This document shows, piece by piece, positions 38,561-51,930 of a stretch of DNA of 64,000 nucleotides. Position 1 is the first letter of the stretch, and every line of letters starts with the position of its first letter. The position numbers and the translations under genes are program-made. The DNA lies in assembly GCA_951406725.2 (NCBI GenBank), contig OX597820.1:26722001-26786000 (forward strand), given 5' to 3'. Below the pieces are notes generated by a model. The model had not been told where the DNA came from. It ran no database searches and saw only the letters and a list, made by a program, of their open reading frames with translations. Source of the stretch: Octopus vulgaris. Taxonomy: Eukaryota.

Positions 38561-38989
38561 AAAGAATCTATATGTCTTCGAGAAAATAGCTTGCATCTTA
38601 TTTTTGGCATTCAGTTACATAAGTGTCTTTACAGTTCATGAGTTCTTTTCAGTTATGTTTTAGTTTCATTGAGTGACAACTAAATACTTGGTTGCTTTAC
38701 TTGTCTCTGCTTCCAAAGTAATTAGCTTCATATATATTTATTAACGGAAACGTCTCTAGAAATATTTGGTCATTGGCTTGGAAAATATTTTCTCAACGTG
38801 ATGCTGCTTCGCCATACATTCTAAATATCCCAATTATGGGGAAGATAATACACACACACAAACACACACATACTCACTCATCCACTCACCCGCTCACTCA
38901 CTCTCTCACTCACTCACTCTCTCATACATACATAAATTTATGCACTATGCACACCATGTGAATTAGAAGTACTGAAATAAATTTGCATA

Positions 38990-39280
38990 CAGTGATCCCT
39001 CGTTTATCGCGGTAGATTGGTTCCGAGACCAGCCGCGATAACTGAATTTCTGCGCAGTAGGGACACCATATTTACAGTATTTATTTAACGTGTATTTGGA
39101 CTTTTAAAACACCTCCCTGTACTGTTAACAACTCACCCATTACAATAGTCTATTAATAATAAGGACAACTGTTAAGCAATAACACTTTAGATTTAAAAAA
39201 ATAAAGATTGTTACTGTACTCAATACGAAAGAAGTTGAAGTAAAATTTGAATGATGATGAAATAAAATTTGAATGATGAA
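38990..39280. mobile_element. Tigger-like element end fragment
   Basis: TA-CAGTGATCCCTCGTTTATCGCGG..TTCCGAGACC..CCGCGATAA; the matching opposite terminus was not found. Confidence 0.45.
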
Positions 39281-40557
39281 TTTGCTGCGCAGTGGTTAAG
39301 GCAGCGGACTCGCAGTCGTAAGAACGTGGTTTTGATTCCCAGACCGGGCATTGTGAGTGTTTATTAAGCAAAAACACCTACGCTCCTCGAGGCTCCGGCA
39401 GGGGTGGTGGTGAACCCCGCTGTACTCTTTCACCACAACTTTCTCTCACTCTTTCTTCATACTTCTGTCACAAAGCAGAGGAACCATGGTGTAACCCACT
39501 ATGTTGTGGTAAACTTTCAGACCCTAGTCTAGATTGCGAATCCTCTGTACCCCAGGATAGTTCAGCTCTCCACCCGTTAAAAGTCACCGTTTACGGAATG
39601 AGGATAACAACATAGCTTTCGCGCCCGTGCAACCGCCAGTTTATCGCGTGTGGTGGGTGGATCTTCAAGTTGCCACACGCATTCTTAGTAGCTTATAGTA
39701 GGCTCGAATTAGAGATTATTCTATGTGGCTAATGGCGTGAGTCCTGACTAGAAGAAGAAGAAGAAGGAAGCAACAGCCGTCAACAAACAACAAATAGCCG
39801 CCGTCACCACCAAAACTACCACCATATCTATTTTTTCTTAGTCTTTCTCTTACTGTTTTTCTGGTTTTTTTCTCTTTCTTTCTCTCTATCTATCTCCTTC
39901 GATTTATTTCCCTTTGCATCGCGCACGCAAAAGGTAGGTTGGTAGGTAGGAACATACTATTGTATTAATATAGAGATAATAGGGACAACGTTTAAATAAA
40001 ATCCATTCTGAATGTATAAATGTAATGCAACGTACACATATTAAGGCAAAACGATTGTGTACAACAGAACTAATTTAAAACAAAAAATAAAAATAAAACA
40101 AAAAATATAAATATTTTCTGCGTAAGAAAAAGAACATATTAAACTGATGTATTTAGTGAGATATAATGCAGTTGTTTGGAGAGATGTTAGACAATATAGT
40201 CAAAAGTTCTTTATTTTATGTTAGGTTAGCTGCTGTGCAGGTGTGTTTCTAAAACTAAGTTCCAACATTCGAAATCATTGCACGTGAGCTGTTGGTATAG
40301 TTGTTGGTAGGTGCAGGCGTGGCTGTGTGGTAAGATGCTTGCCACACGATTCCGTGTTCTGTCTGGAACAACGTGAAATAAGTGTCTTGCTCAAGGACGC
40401 AACGCGCCACCAGGCATTGAATTCACGACCTTACGATCATCAGCCGAATACCCTAACCACTCAGCCACGGGCCTTCATTCATTCATTCATTCATTCATTC
40501 ATTCATTCATTCATACATACATACATACATACATACATACATACATACATACATACA

Positions 40558-41040
40558 GTTTGGAACCCCTATCTTGCTCAGAACATTGACCTCCTGGAAT
40601 CTGTTCAGAGACGTGCAACCAAACGCATACCCTCCATCAGACACCTACCATATTCTGAGCGCCTTGTTTCCCTGGACATGGATTCACTGAAGCTCCGGCG
40701 TCTGGCGACGGACTTGGTAAACGCCCACAAAGTTGTCAACCACCTCACCAATAACAACACTGAACACCTTTTTGATCTCCATGTGTCTAACACACGTGGA
40801 CATGCCTACAAAGTCAGAAAACAACACAGCTCCCATGACTTTCGGAAACATTTCTTCACACTCAGAGTTGCTGAAGCATGGAATAAACTGCCTGCGTCAG
40901 TTGTTGACTGCCATGACACTGCATCCTTTAAGGCCCTCATGCTTTCCGAAATCCGTCGAAACTACACCTGATTATATATACACTTTCGATGAGTTGTAGT
41001 GCACCTGAGCACTGTACACAATGTTTATTATTATTATTTT
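40558..41040 (+). mobile_element. 5'-truncated CR1-like LINE 3' end with intact frame
   Basis: VWNPYLAQNIDLLESVQRRATKRIP...YSERL...TRGHAYK...RKHFFTLRVAEAWNKLP...* (stop at 40971), short 3' UTR and (TTA)n tail; begins directly after a (CATA)n tract. Confidence 0.88.
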
Positions 41041-42940
41041 TTTTATTTTATATATACAAGCATTTATTTATTTATTTATTAAGGGATTAGAGCTAATGAT
41101 TCTTTCAGCTCTAATCTCTCAAACGATAAAAAACAAATTTGATCTGAGCGTGATTTGAACGCGAAACGCAAAGAACCGGAACACATACCACAAGGAATTC
41201 TGTGCAATAGTCTTACAGTTCAAGGCGGCGAGCTGGTAGAAACGTTAGCACGCCAGGCAAAATGCTTAGCGTTATTTCGTCTGTCTTTACGTTCTGTGTT
41301 CAAATTCCGCCGGGGTCGACTTTGCTTTTCATCCTTTCGGGGTCGATTAAATAAGTACCAGTTACGCACTGGGGTCGATATAATAGGCTTAATCCGTTTG
41401 TCTGTCCTTGTTTGTCCCTCTTGCGGGCAGTAAAGAAATAAAAAACGTTTGCACGCCGAGCGAAATGCTTAGCGTTATTTCGTCTGTTTTTATGTTCTGA
41501 GTTCAAATTCCGTCGAGGTCGACTTTGCTTTTCATCCTTTCGGGGTCGATAAATTAAGTACCAGTTGCATACTGGGGTTGATCTAATCGACTGAGCCCTC
41601 CCCCAAAATTTCGGACCTTGTGCCTTGAGTAGAAAAGAATATTTTTACAGTTCAGGCCAAGCTGGAAAATCTTTTTCTTTGTCGTTTTTGGATTTGGTTT
41701 GCAAGATTCTTTATATGAGTTCGTGTGTTGAAGCATATTCTGTTGTGTCTGGGGAGAGTCAGTTTGTTTTTGTGTCTTATAATGTAACACACTCACCGGT
41801 AAAATATCCACTTATTTCTAATTTTTATTTTCCTAAAATTTTCGTTGCGTCTTGCAACCTTTTCAATGGTCTTAACTCTCTTTTTATCGACCTCAAAACG
41901 ACAAGACAAAAAAAAAAAAAAAAAAAAAAAGTAACCATGAGGAGATTTGAACTCAGAGCACTGTAAGTTGGAACGAATATCGAAACGTACTTTGCCTGAC
42001 GATCTAACAACTTGGCTAATTCATCGACTTCTGCAGGTGTTTTGTACAGACAAATAAATTGCTCTCAAAGTTTTTCACCATAAAGAGATGTTCTATTAAA
42101 AGAACAAGTTCTATACATTTTATTCAAACACAGTACAAGGTCTTACTGAATGTTTTAAGTGGTTTCCTTCAATGACATGGACGTAATGAATTTTTGCTGA
42201 GTTTGGTTGAGTATGCCCATGAGAAGCTTTGCCATTAATGGATTTCACTGAATTCATTCATTGTCTTTAAACAGCTCGTTGCTAATGGATTTGCTAAATT
42301 TAGATTTAATTTTGTCAACACGTACTACTGCTACTACTACTACTACTAACTAAAAAGTTATTTAATTTCAGCTTTTATTACTCATCCACAATAACACCCA
42401 CATGCTTCCAGGAACACCTATCCCATAACTCGTTAAGTGATAACTATTAACTCTGCAAAAATAAAAAATGAAAATTAGAAAATTAGAACGTACTCGGTAT
42501 AAGTAATTAAACAGATGAATAAGCAGTATGTTCTTAAATAGATGATGTAAACCAGAAAAACTTGATAAACCGTCCCCTGGCATCCCGAATCCACTTCGTT
42601 TCATGTATCTTATTTTCCACTTGTTCTTCATTTTATTATTATTGCATTGCTACCGTTGCTTCGGCTATAAATTTTTATGTTGCTTTTTTTGAAAGCTATG
42701 AAGTATTATCAACGTTCTACAACCGACACATCTTGCTGTTTATTTTTTTTTTATTCTTGTTAACTATCGCTTTTTTTCACCATTTTTTCTCCTTCTCGTT
42801 TTCCCTTCGCATTGCATTGCCATATATCAATCATGCACCTCTCTCACCTTTTCGATAGATACACATGCATATATATATATATATATATATATATAAGTAC
42901 AAGGAGTGAGAGATAAATACACACATATATGAATGCAGAC

Positions 42941-42985
<45 letters not shown>

Positions 42986-43069
42986 CGTGTGTTTGTGTGT
43001 ATACATATGTATATATGTGTTTGAATATATATATATGTATATGTGTGTGTGTGCATGCGTCTATCTATG

Positions 43070-43298
43070 TATCTATCTACCTATTTATCTATCTATCTAT
43101 CTATCTACATACCTATCTACCTAACTATCTACCTACCTATCTATGTATCTATGTATCTATCTATCTACATACCTATCTACCTAACTATCTACCTACCTAT
43201 CTATGTATCTATCTATCTATCTATCTACATACCTATCTACCTAACTATCTACCTACCTATCTATGTATCTATGTATCTATCTATCTATCTATCTATCT
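43070..43298. repeat. 60-bp higher-order repeat built from CTAT/CTAC tetramers
   Basis: Three consecutive 60-nt rows are nearly identical. Confidence 0.85.
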
Positions 43299-43396
43299 GT
43301 GCGTGTGTGTACAGCAGATACATGTAAGCGTATGTACGCAATTATGTATGTGCACACACACATATATATATATATTACAGGTATTTATGTACGGAT

Positions 43397-43520
43397 GTAA
43401 TCTCCAGGGATACAGGCATCCAGCAACAGGACCTCCGTAATGCTATGATGGACCGTGAAGTCTGGCGCAACATGGTAAATTCCATTGTCTCGACCACGGT
43501 CGAACAATGATGATGATGAT
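43397..43520 (+). mobile_element. RTE-like LINE extreme 3' end with (TGA)n tail
   Basis: SRDTGIQQQDLRNAMMDREVWRNMVNSIVSTTVEQ* followed by (TGA)n; flanked by duplicated TGTACGGAT. Confidence 0.6.
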
Positions 43521-43522
43521 GT

Positions 43523-43562
<40 letters not shown>

Positions 43563-43626
43563 GTACACACACACACACGTATATATGTAAAATCTGTTTC
43601 CTCTATGTGTTTTCCACCTTTGTCTA

Positions 43627-43707
<81 letters not shown>

Positions 43708-44080
43708 CTATTATTACATATATAGATATATGCACACAAGTATGTATGTGTTTGTACACATGAATGTATGCGCATGCATGTAGGTATAAATGCATACATA
43801 CACGCATTTATATTTATTTCCTGTCTTTAAGCCGGATCATTTTCACGCTTTGCCAATAATCATCAGATTAACTTGGAAATGGAAAATTGGGAATGAAAAG
43901 TTGTATTGTCAGTTCTATAGAGTCCAATCTGGAACAAATGCAACAACAGCAGAAACTGCAATACTAACAACAACAACAACAACAATAGCAGCAAGAAGAA
44001 GAAGAAGCACTGCAATTTCTTCTTCTTCTTCTTCTTATTATTATTATTCTATTACTGACAACAACAGCAACTGCAGGTAG

Positions 44081-44111
<31 letters not shown>

Positions 44112-44271
44112 GCTGCTGCTGATGCAACCAACAACAACTGCAGGAAGCACCGTAATATCTTTGCTACTACTACCACTACTACTACTGCAGCAAGCACCGT
44201 AATATCTTTGCTACTACTACTACTACTACTGCCAATAACAACAACAACAGCAGCAAGCACCGTAATATCCT

Positions 44272-44306
<35 letters not shown>

Positions 44307-44825
44307 AAAAACCAAGAATGGTAACAACAGCAATTCCATAAAGATATATGTTCAAAGGAAGAAAGTGTTTAGAATTTCCGTATTGCTTGCCGACTTGTAA
44401 AGATACATGGATATCTATCCATGGATAGATTCATTCAGGTGTTATGTTATTTGCTTGCTTCTTTAAGAAGAAATAAACTAGCAACGATCGTAGAAACACC
44501 TGTCGTTTTGATTTCGCTCTCTTTTCATTCATTTTTCGTTTATTTTAACACATGGTGTGCAGAACATCGTTATTTTTACATCGAGGAAACTTATAAGATG
44601 GCGTACTAATGCTTAACTTAGGGTGCGCGGTTTCTTGTAGACGAAAACAGCTGTAAACTTAATGAACGTGATAACGTAACTTCTGTTCTTTTATGATCCG
44701 AGAAGATAAGATAAGATAAGATAAGATAATTCACATTTCCTTGCTGCCAGACCTTACTAATTCTGTGAAGTATAAGTATACTGGGTTCTAACAACTGCTA
44801 AGACTAAACGGAGCCATAATATATA

Positions 44826-46526
44826 CAGGGGTTGAGGCGGCGAGCTGGCAAAATGCTTAGCGCCATTTCACCCGTCCTTACGATCTGAGTTCAAATTCCG
44901 TCGAGGTCGACTTTGCCTTCCATTATTTCGGGATTGATAAAATAAGTACCAGCTGAGCTCTAGGAATCGATGTAATCGACATCCCCTCCCCACAAATTGC
45001 TGGCCTTGTGCCAAAATTTGAAGTCAATATATACAGGGGTTGGACAAAATAATGGAAACGACGAGTTTTCATTTAGCTATTTTTATCTATGGGCAACATG
45101 AGAAATTCAAAACTGTTCTAGTCTGTATATGTGTGTTCATATGTATTAAATATACTTTATACTCCATGTTATAGCACAACCGCTGTTGGATTTTCTTTTT
45201 GCAGATATTTATATCTAAATAAGTTAAAGAGAGTTATCTATCTTATTTCCAAAGAGGAAAAATTGTTGAAACGTCGATGACTGAAGCTTCGGTCACAAAA
45301 ACTGCTGAATTATTTAATTTTTCAAGAAGTACATTCTCTAAAATATCATGTTAGTATTCTAAAACCACGGTAAAAAAACCCAGCCCTGAGAATTACAATT
45401 CTGGCCGGAAGCAAAGTTCACCGCATGGGACTACAGAATAGTTAAACGTATTGTGTCAAACAAAAACAAAAACCCCAAAACACCAAACTACGACAGCAAA
45501 AATGATATTGGAGTTAAAAGACCGCCAAGCCAACTAAAACTGTGAGTTGTACTAAGTTGGATATCATGAAAGGTCTGCTTTTGCCAAATCTCTCCTGTCC
45601 CCCATCAACACTATGTAGAACAATGTTTAGACTATCAGAAGTGGTCAATAATTTAATAGAACAATGTCATCTTCTTTGATGAATCACCATTCACCTTTTT
45701 TCTCATTTTGGAGCGAGTTTATTTCTGGATACAGCCCAAAGAAGCTTTCAATCCTGACTGTTTGGTTCTTACCGGGAAGCATGGAAATTACTCTGAAGAT
45801 TTGGGCAGCCTTATTACGAGATTCTTTTTACCCTCTACTTGTTTTACAAGGCAGGTTTAATGTCAAGGTTTACTGAGCATTTTAGTTAGTCGTGTCCATC
45901 CAAGGTAGCTCAATCGTCCAGGACGGTAATGCACCGATTCACACAGTTAATGTTATTCATAACTGGTACGAAGAGTACCAGGCGGCGAGCTGGTAGAAAC
46001 GTTAGCACGCCGGGCGAAATGCTTTGCAGTATTTCGTCTGCGGTTACGTTCTGTGTTCAAATTCCGCCGAGGTCGACTTTTCCTTTCCTCCTTTAGGGGT
46101 CGATTAAATAAGTACTAGTTACGCACTGGGGTCGATATAATCGACTTAATCCGTTTGTCTGTCTTTGTTTGTCCTCTCTGCGTTTAGCCCCTTGTGGGTA
46201 GTAAAGAAATAGGTACGAAGAGTACAAAAGTGATGCAGACCACTTAGATTCTGTCCACAATCACCGGATTTCAGTATGATGGAACATTTATGGTACATTT
46301 TGGAACTGCAAGTGAGGAGCCGCTTCATTCTGCCATAGTCCCCTACAGAGTTAAATCAGGTTTTCCTTGAAGAATTGTTCAAAATTTCCTTAACAACCGT
46401 TCAGAATCTGTACAAGTCAATCCCTCGACTTATGAAAGCTGTGATTGATGCCAAAGGTGGACTAACTCCGTATTAAATCAAATAATATCTTCCATTTAAT
46501 GGTGTTTCAATTTTATCGATTCCTTG
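44826..46526 (+). mobile_element. Decayed Tc1-family DNA transposon with two nested SINEs
   Basis: TA-CAGGGGTTGGACAAAATAATGGAAAC left end and degenerate right end; peptides ASVTKTAELFNFSRST, FFDESPF, QDGNAPIHT, PQSPDFSMMEHLW and GGLTPY*. Confidence 0.8.
45979..46211 (+). mobile_element. SINE family A inserted in Tc1 with 14-bp TSD
   Basis: GGTACGAAGAGTAC at 45965-45978 and 46212-46225. Confidence 0.9.
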
Positions 46527-47344
46527 TGCGCGCACGCGCGCACACCCATCCACACACATTTCTCTCCTTGCTCACCATTATAGGTTTATGTCTACTCGTG
46601 TTGGCATGACCTACAGAAGTCTTCTCACCTTGATAGGTAATAGATACACTGCGGGACACCTTGAGCAAGTGTCTTCTATTATAGCCTTGGGCCGACTAAA
46701 GCCTTGTGAGTGGATTTGGTAGAAGGAAACTGAAAAGAAGCCCGTCGTATATATGTATATATATATAGATATATGTGTGTGTGTGTGTATGTTTATGTGT
46801 CTGTGTTTGTTCCCACCAACATCGCTTGACAACTGATGCTGGTGTGTTTACGTCCCTGTAACTTAGCGGTTCGGCAAAAGACACCGATAGAATAAGTACT
46901 AGGCTTACAAAGAATAAGTCCTGGGGTCGATTTGCTCGACTAAAGGCGGTACTCCAGCATGGCTGTGGCCAAATAAATAAAACAAGTAAAAGAATAAAAG
47001 AGTAAAAGAGAATATATATATGTTTAGGAAGTTATGTCTAGTCATAGAGTAACCATTAGTTTCACACCTATAAAGCACTTAACAGTATAGGTGACTTGTC
47101 AGCTGCAAGTGGCTGAAGGCACATAACCTCTCTATGAGTAACCTATACTGCTAAGCAGCTTATTGGTGTGAAACCAGTGGTCACTCTATGACCGGCCATA
47201 ACTTTCAACTTCTTAGAAAAGTATATTACTATTCTCATGCTTTAGACTACACTTGATGGTGCAGCCTTCCAGAGTGCCAGCCCAGTCAAATCGTCCAACC
47301 CGGGACAACAGACGTTAAATGATGATGATGATGTTCATGATAAT

Positions 47345-47830
47345 TGTTTAATGTCTGCTTTCCATGCTAGCATGGGTTGGATGATTTGACTAAGGACTGG
47401 CAAACCAGATGGTTGCACCGGGCTCCAATCTGATCTGGCAGAGTTTCTACAGCTGGATGCCCTTCCTAACGCCAACCACTCCGAGAGTGTAGTAGGTGCT
47501 TTTATGTGCCACTGGCACGAGAGCCAGTCTGGTGGTACTGACAATGGACATGCTCAAATAGTGTTTTTTACATACCACCTGCACAAGAGCCACTCCAGCG
47601 GCACTGGTAGCGACCTTGCTCAAATATTTTTTCATGTACCACCGGCACAAGTGCCAGTAAGGCGACGCTGGTAACGATCTGGCAGTGCTCCACTAGCATG
47701 GATGCCAGTCATTGAATTTGATTTCGATTTCAATTTCACTTGCCATAACAGGTCTTTGCAAGCAGAGTTTAGCGTCCAATGAAGGAAAGGTATGCGTAAG
47801 TGGGCTGGTTACACTCCTGGCATAGGCCAC
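47345..47830 (-). mobile_element. Retroposon family E (GGTTGGCGTTAGGAAGGGCATCCAGC motif)
   Basis: Shares ~150 bp with the + strand copy at ~27205-27365, which ends in (TGA)n. Confidence 0.7.
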
Positions 47831-49151
47831 GAGGTTGATGATAATGGGATCTCCCATTGAATATGACATATAAGTGCACAGTATTTTGCTGAGTGACCTG
47901 CAAAATGATGTGTTTATAGTGGGCAAATGTATGTACTGCTCATTAGCTTGCTCACTCTAGCAAATCAATATTGCTTGAACAGAGGCACAAGTGTGCCACA
48001 TGTCGGATTTTAAATGAATGTGGAGCAATGTGAAGTGTTTAGTTCAAGAACATGTGTCACATGTTGTAGGATTTGAACCCACAATCTAGCAATCATGGTG
48101 CAACTCCCTTAACACTAGACCATGCACCTTCACACAAAACACAGACACAGACACACACACACACAGACAGACAGACAGACACACACACACATGCATGTAT
48201 GCACATGCACATACACACATATAAATATATGTATATATATATATATATATACATGTATGTGTAGATATATGTATATAAGTATATATATATATATGTATGT
48301 GTATGTGTGTGTGTATACATATGTGCATGTGTATAATTACGTGTGTGTATGTGGTAGAGTGTAAACTTATTAATACATCAAACATCTTTCCCTTATCTTT
48401 GAAAAACAAAATCCTTTTCCTCCTTAGAAACAAAATCCTCTTCAAGAGACCCCAGATTCAACAAATATATCTGAGTCTAGAAGATGTAGCACACACACAC
48501 ACACATACAAAGAAACCCAGGGAAAACACAATAGAAATATGGTATTAGTTGCTAAGCAACATAGGAGGCAAAATATGTAATAAATATATTAATAAAAAGA
48601 CCAACACTAGGAAGAATAGAAGCAAATGTCCTTTATTTCGTGCAACATCTCTTTTTTCCAGAGTGATACCAGGCAACAAATTGTGTAGAGAAGATATGCG
48701 TGTTTATAAGGATGCTTGTATGTGAGTGCATGTATGTGCATATGTGATTGTAAGTATATGCGTATGTGTGTACATGTATGCATATACATATATGTATATA
48801 TGGATATATATTTGTATATGAGTGTGTACATGTATATTTGTATTTATATGTGTGTATGTATGCATATGTATATACATGCATACACATGTATATATATGCA
48901 TACAGATGTATATACAAATAAGTATTTACATATTTGTGTGTATCAATAAATATTTGTTTATGAATGCATTCATAAATATATATATGTATGTATTTATAAA
49001 TATATATATATGTAAGAATATTTATTTTGATATATGTATATTGTGTGTGTATATGTATGTGTGTATATATATATATATATATGTATGTATATTTATATAT
49101 AAATATATTCATGTATAAATATATATACATATATATCTATATATATAGATG

Positions 49152-49195
<44 letters not shown>

Positions 49196-49491
49196 TGTGT
49201 GTATGTATATGAATGCGTATCTGTTTAGAATATATATGTGCACTTATGTACATTATGTACCTGCATGATACAGGTGCTCTATTTGGGAAATGAAAAGACC
49301 AGCATCAAAAACAACAATAACAGATTTTTTGAAAAAAAAAAGATAAAAATTAAAAATTAAAACAGCACAGCTTTTAAGTTCACCATTGCTGATGGGAAAA
49401 CATGAATATTATTGAAAAAAAATAATAAAGGTATTGTGACAAATTAGTAGGTTGGCATGAACATTAATTGTGAATATATATATATATATAA

Positions 49492-49544
<53 letters not shown>

Positions 49545-49777
49545 TATATATATATGTATGTATATGTACAAACATGCATATATATGTGTATGTGTATGTG
49601 TGTGTATATATTTATATATATATATATGTTAAAGTGATGTTATTATTTAAAGCAATATTAAGAATGACAACAGAGCATTTAATATTGATGAGATTATTAA
49701 TACTTGAGTCAACTTTTGCCTTTAAACAAACATTTACATGTATGTAAATATGGCTACCTACATACATACACACATAC

Positions 49778-49815
<38 letters not shown>

Positions 49816-49931
49816 GTGCGCACACACATGTACATTACATATATACATGTATATATATATATATATATACATACATACATATATATATATTTATATATAC
49901 ATAAATTCATATGTATATATTTATATGTGTG

Positions 49932-49976
<45 letters not shown>

Positions 49977-49983
49977 CTATCTA

Positions 49984-50023
<40 letters not shown>

Positions 50024-51789
50024 ATATATATAGATAGGTATAAGATATATATATATGTATATGTATTTATATACATATACATATATAAAACAAAGTGAAG
50101 TTGTAAGATACCGCACGAGTGGAAATATATATGAAAGAAGGTTTGAAAATGCAATTTTATTTTCAAACCTTCTATCATATATATATATATATATATATAT
50201 AAATATATATATATATATCTCATACATTGGAATGTAGTGTAGAAAAGAAACACATGCAATATGGTTCTAATGCCTTGCCAATTGATATTTAGTGAATAAA
50301 AATGAAAACAGTTCTATGTAAGAACTGAATCCGGATAATCACAAATTTAAAATTACCATCACCACACCGCTGCTTCACCATCTTTTGCTAAAAACAATTT
50401 TATTTTCCAAATTTTTTTTAGTATATTATTTTTCATTTATTTACTTTTAAGTTTTATTTATATTTTATTGAAAATTTGTTTGTTTTGTTTTTTCTTTGCA
50501 AATTTAATTAATTTTTTTTTTTCACATTTAAATTTAATTTTTAATATGGTTTTAAAAATAATGTGTTTAGGTTGGTGTACCGAGAGTATCAGAAGAGTAG
50601 ATATTTTAAGAGAATATCAAGAAATATCTAAATCAAAATGCTAAGACTAATGGTGCCAAAGCATTGTCACAAGCCAACTGGGTGGAACCAGTAAAAGAGT
50701 AAAAGCATTCTTCATGTTGAGAAAAAAAAAATACACACACACATGCATGCACGCATACACGCAAAACGAATATAATCAAGTAATGAAATTTCTCTTTCAG
50801 ATAACATTTCTCTCTCAGTTCATTAAAAGTTATTGATCTCACAGAAAAGCAGTAGAAGCAATAAAAATCTTGCCTTTTATGAAACCCTAGGGAACCACCC
50901 ATGGTGGAAGCTAGTCTTTGCTGTTTTTTGTCTTTATTTAAGTGAATGCCTCTTCCAGCTCCTCCGCTGGTCAACTTAACAACCATCACATTATACTGGG
51001 CTCTAACTGCTTAAGAAAAAAATGTATGCTGCACTATTTCTATGTTATGGTGTATGATTACACTTTGATAGACTGTGTTGGTGAGAAGTCATTAGCTTGA
51101 CCATCTACATTAATTTTGCTTCCTCTTCCTCCTCCACATCACCTCCATAATCAACATATTGGCACAAATATGCTAACCAATATTTTTTTTTATTTCTTTA
51201 CTACCCACAAGGGGCTACACACAAACGGATCAAACAAGGACAGACAAAGGGATTAAGTCGATTATATCGACCCCAGTGCATAACTGGTACTTAATTTATC
51301 GACCCCGAAAAGATGAAAGGCAAAGTTGACCTCGGCAGAATTTGAACTCCGAATGTAACGGCAGACGAAATACCACTATGCATTTCGCCCGGCGTACTAA
51401 CGTTTCTGCCAGCTTGCCGCCTTCATATGCTAACCAATATGTTAACATATTGGCACCAATATGTTAATCATAATTTCTCTGGCTTATTGTCACTGTCTAT
51501 GTTAGAATGAACGGGCCAGATCACTTCTTTAGCAGGATTTCTTCCTCTGAAGAGTTCTCCCACTGTCTGCTCACCATAAAGCAAATTTCCACTTACTATA
51601 GACCCTAGTCTAATCCATTGACTTTCAGAAATGAACTGAATGGCTACTGGGGCAGTCTACAGTTGACACCTGGAAAGTCATTGAGCTCATTGGGTCAGTG
51701 AGGTCACTGCTGAAGAAAGTTTTTATAGATAGCGTACTGACTTCCCAGACACTGATAGCCTGATGCCTCTTATAATCAGTACTTACTGA

Positions 51790-51930
51790 TCATTCTGATA
51801 AGAAAAGAACTCCTGAATTTGTTGGTAGGGTCCAGGCCATGATTGACAGCGATACCTTCCAAGCCAGTCAAATCCATCGCCAGGGACATGGGAGTGTCTG
51901 GGTTTCTTATCAAGCAGGTATTGCATGAAA
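51790..51930 (+). mobile_element. Tc1/mariner transposase N-terminal (HTH) fragment
   Basis: HSDKKRTPEFVGRVQAMIDSD and, after a frameshift, KSIARDMGVSGFLIKQVLHE. Confidence 0.5.

Noticed and set aside
44460-44660. GAAACACCTGTC and GAAAACAGCTGTA stem-III-like motifs
   Set aside because: No CUGANGA core upstream; at most heavily decayed relics.
50633-50989. Minus-strand 118-aa ORF
   Set aside because: It runs through CA/T-rich low-complexity DNA, with no motif or splice support.
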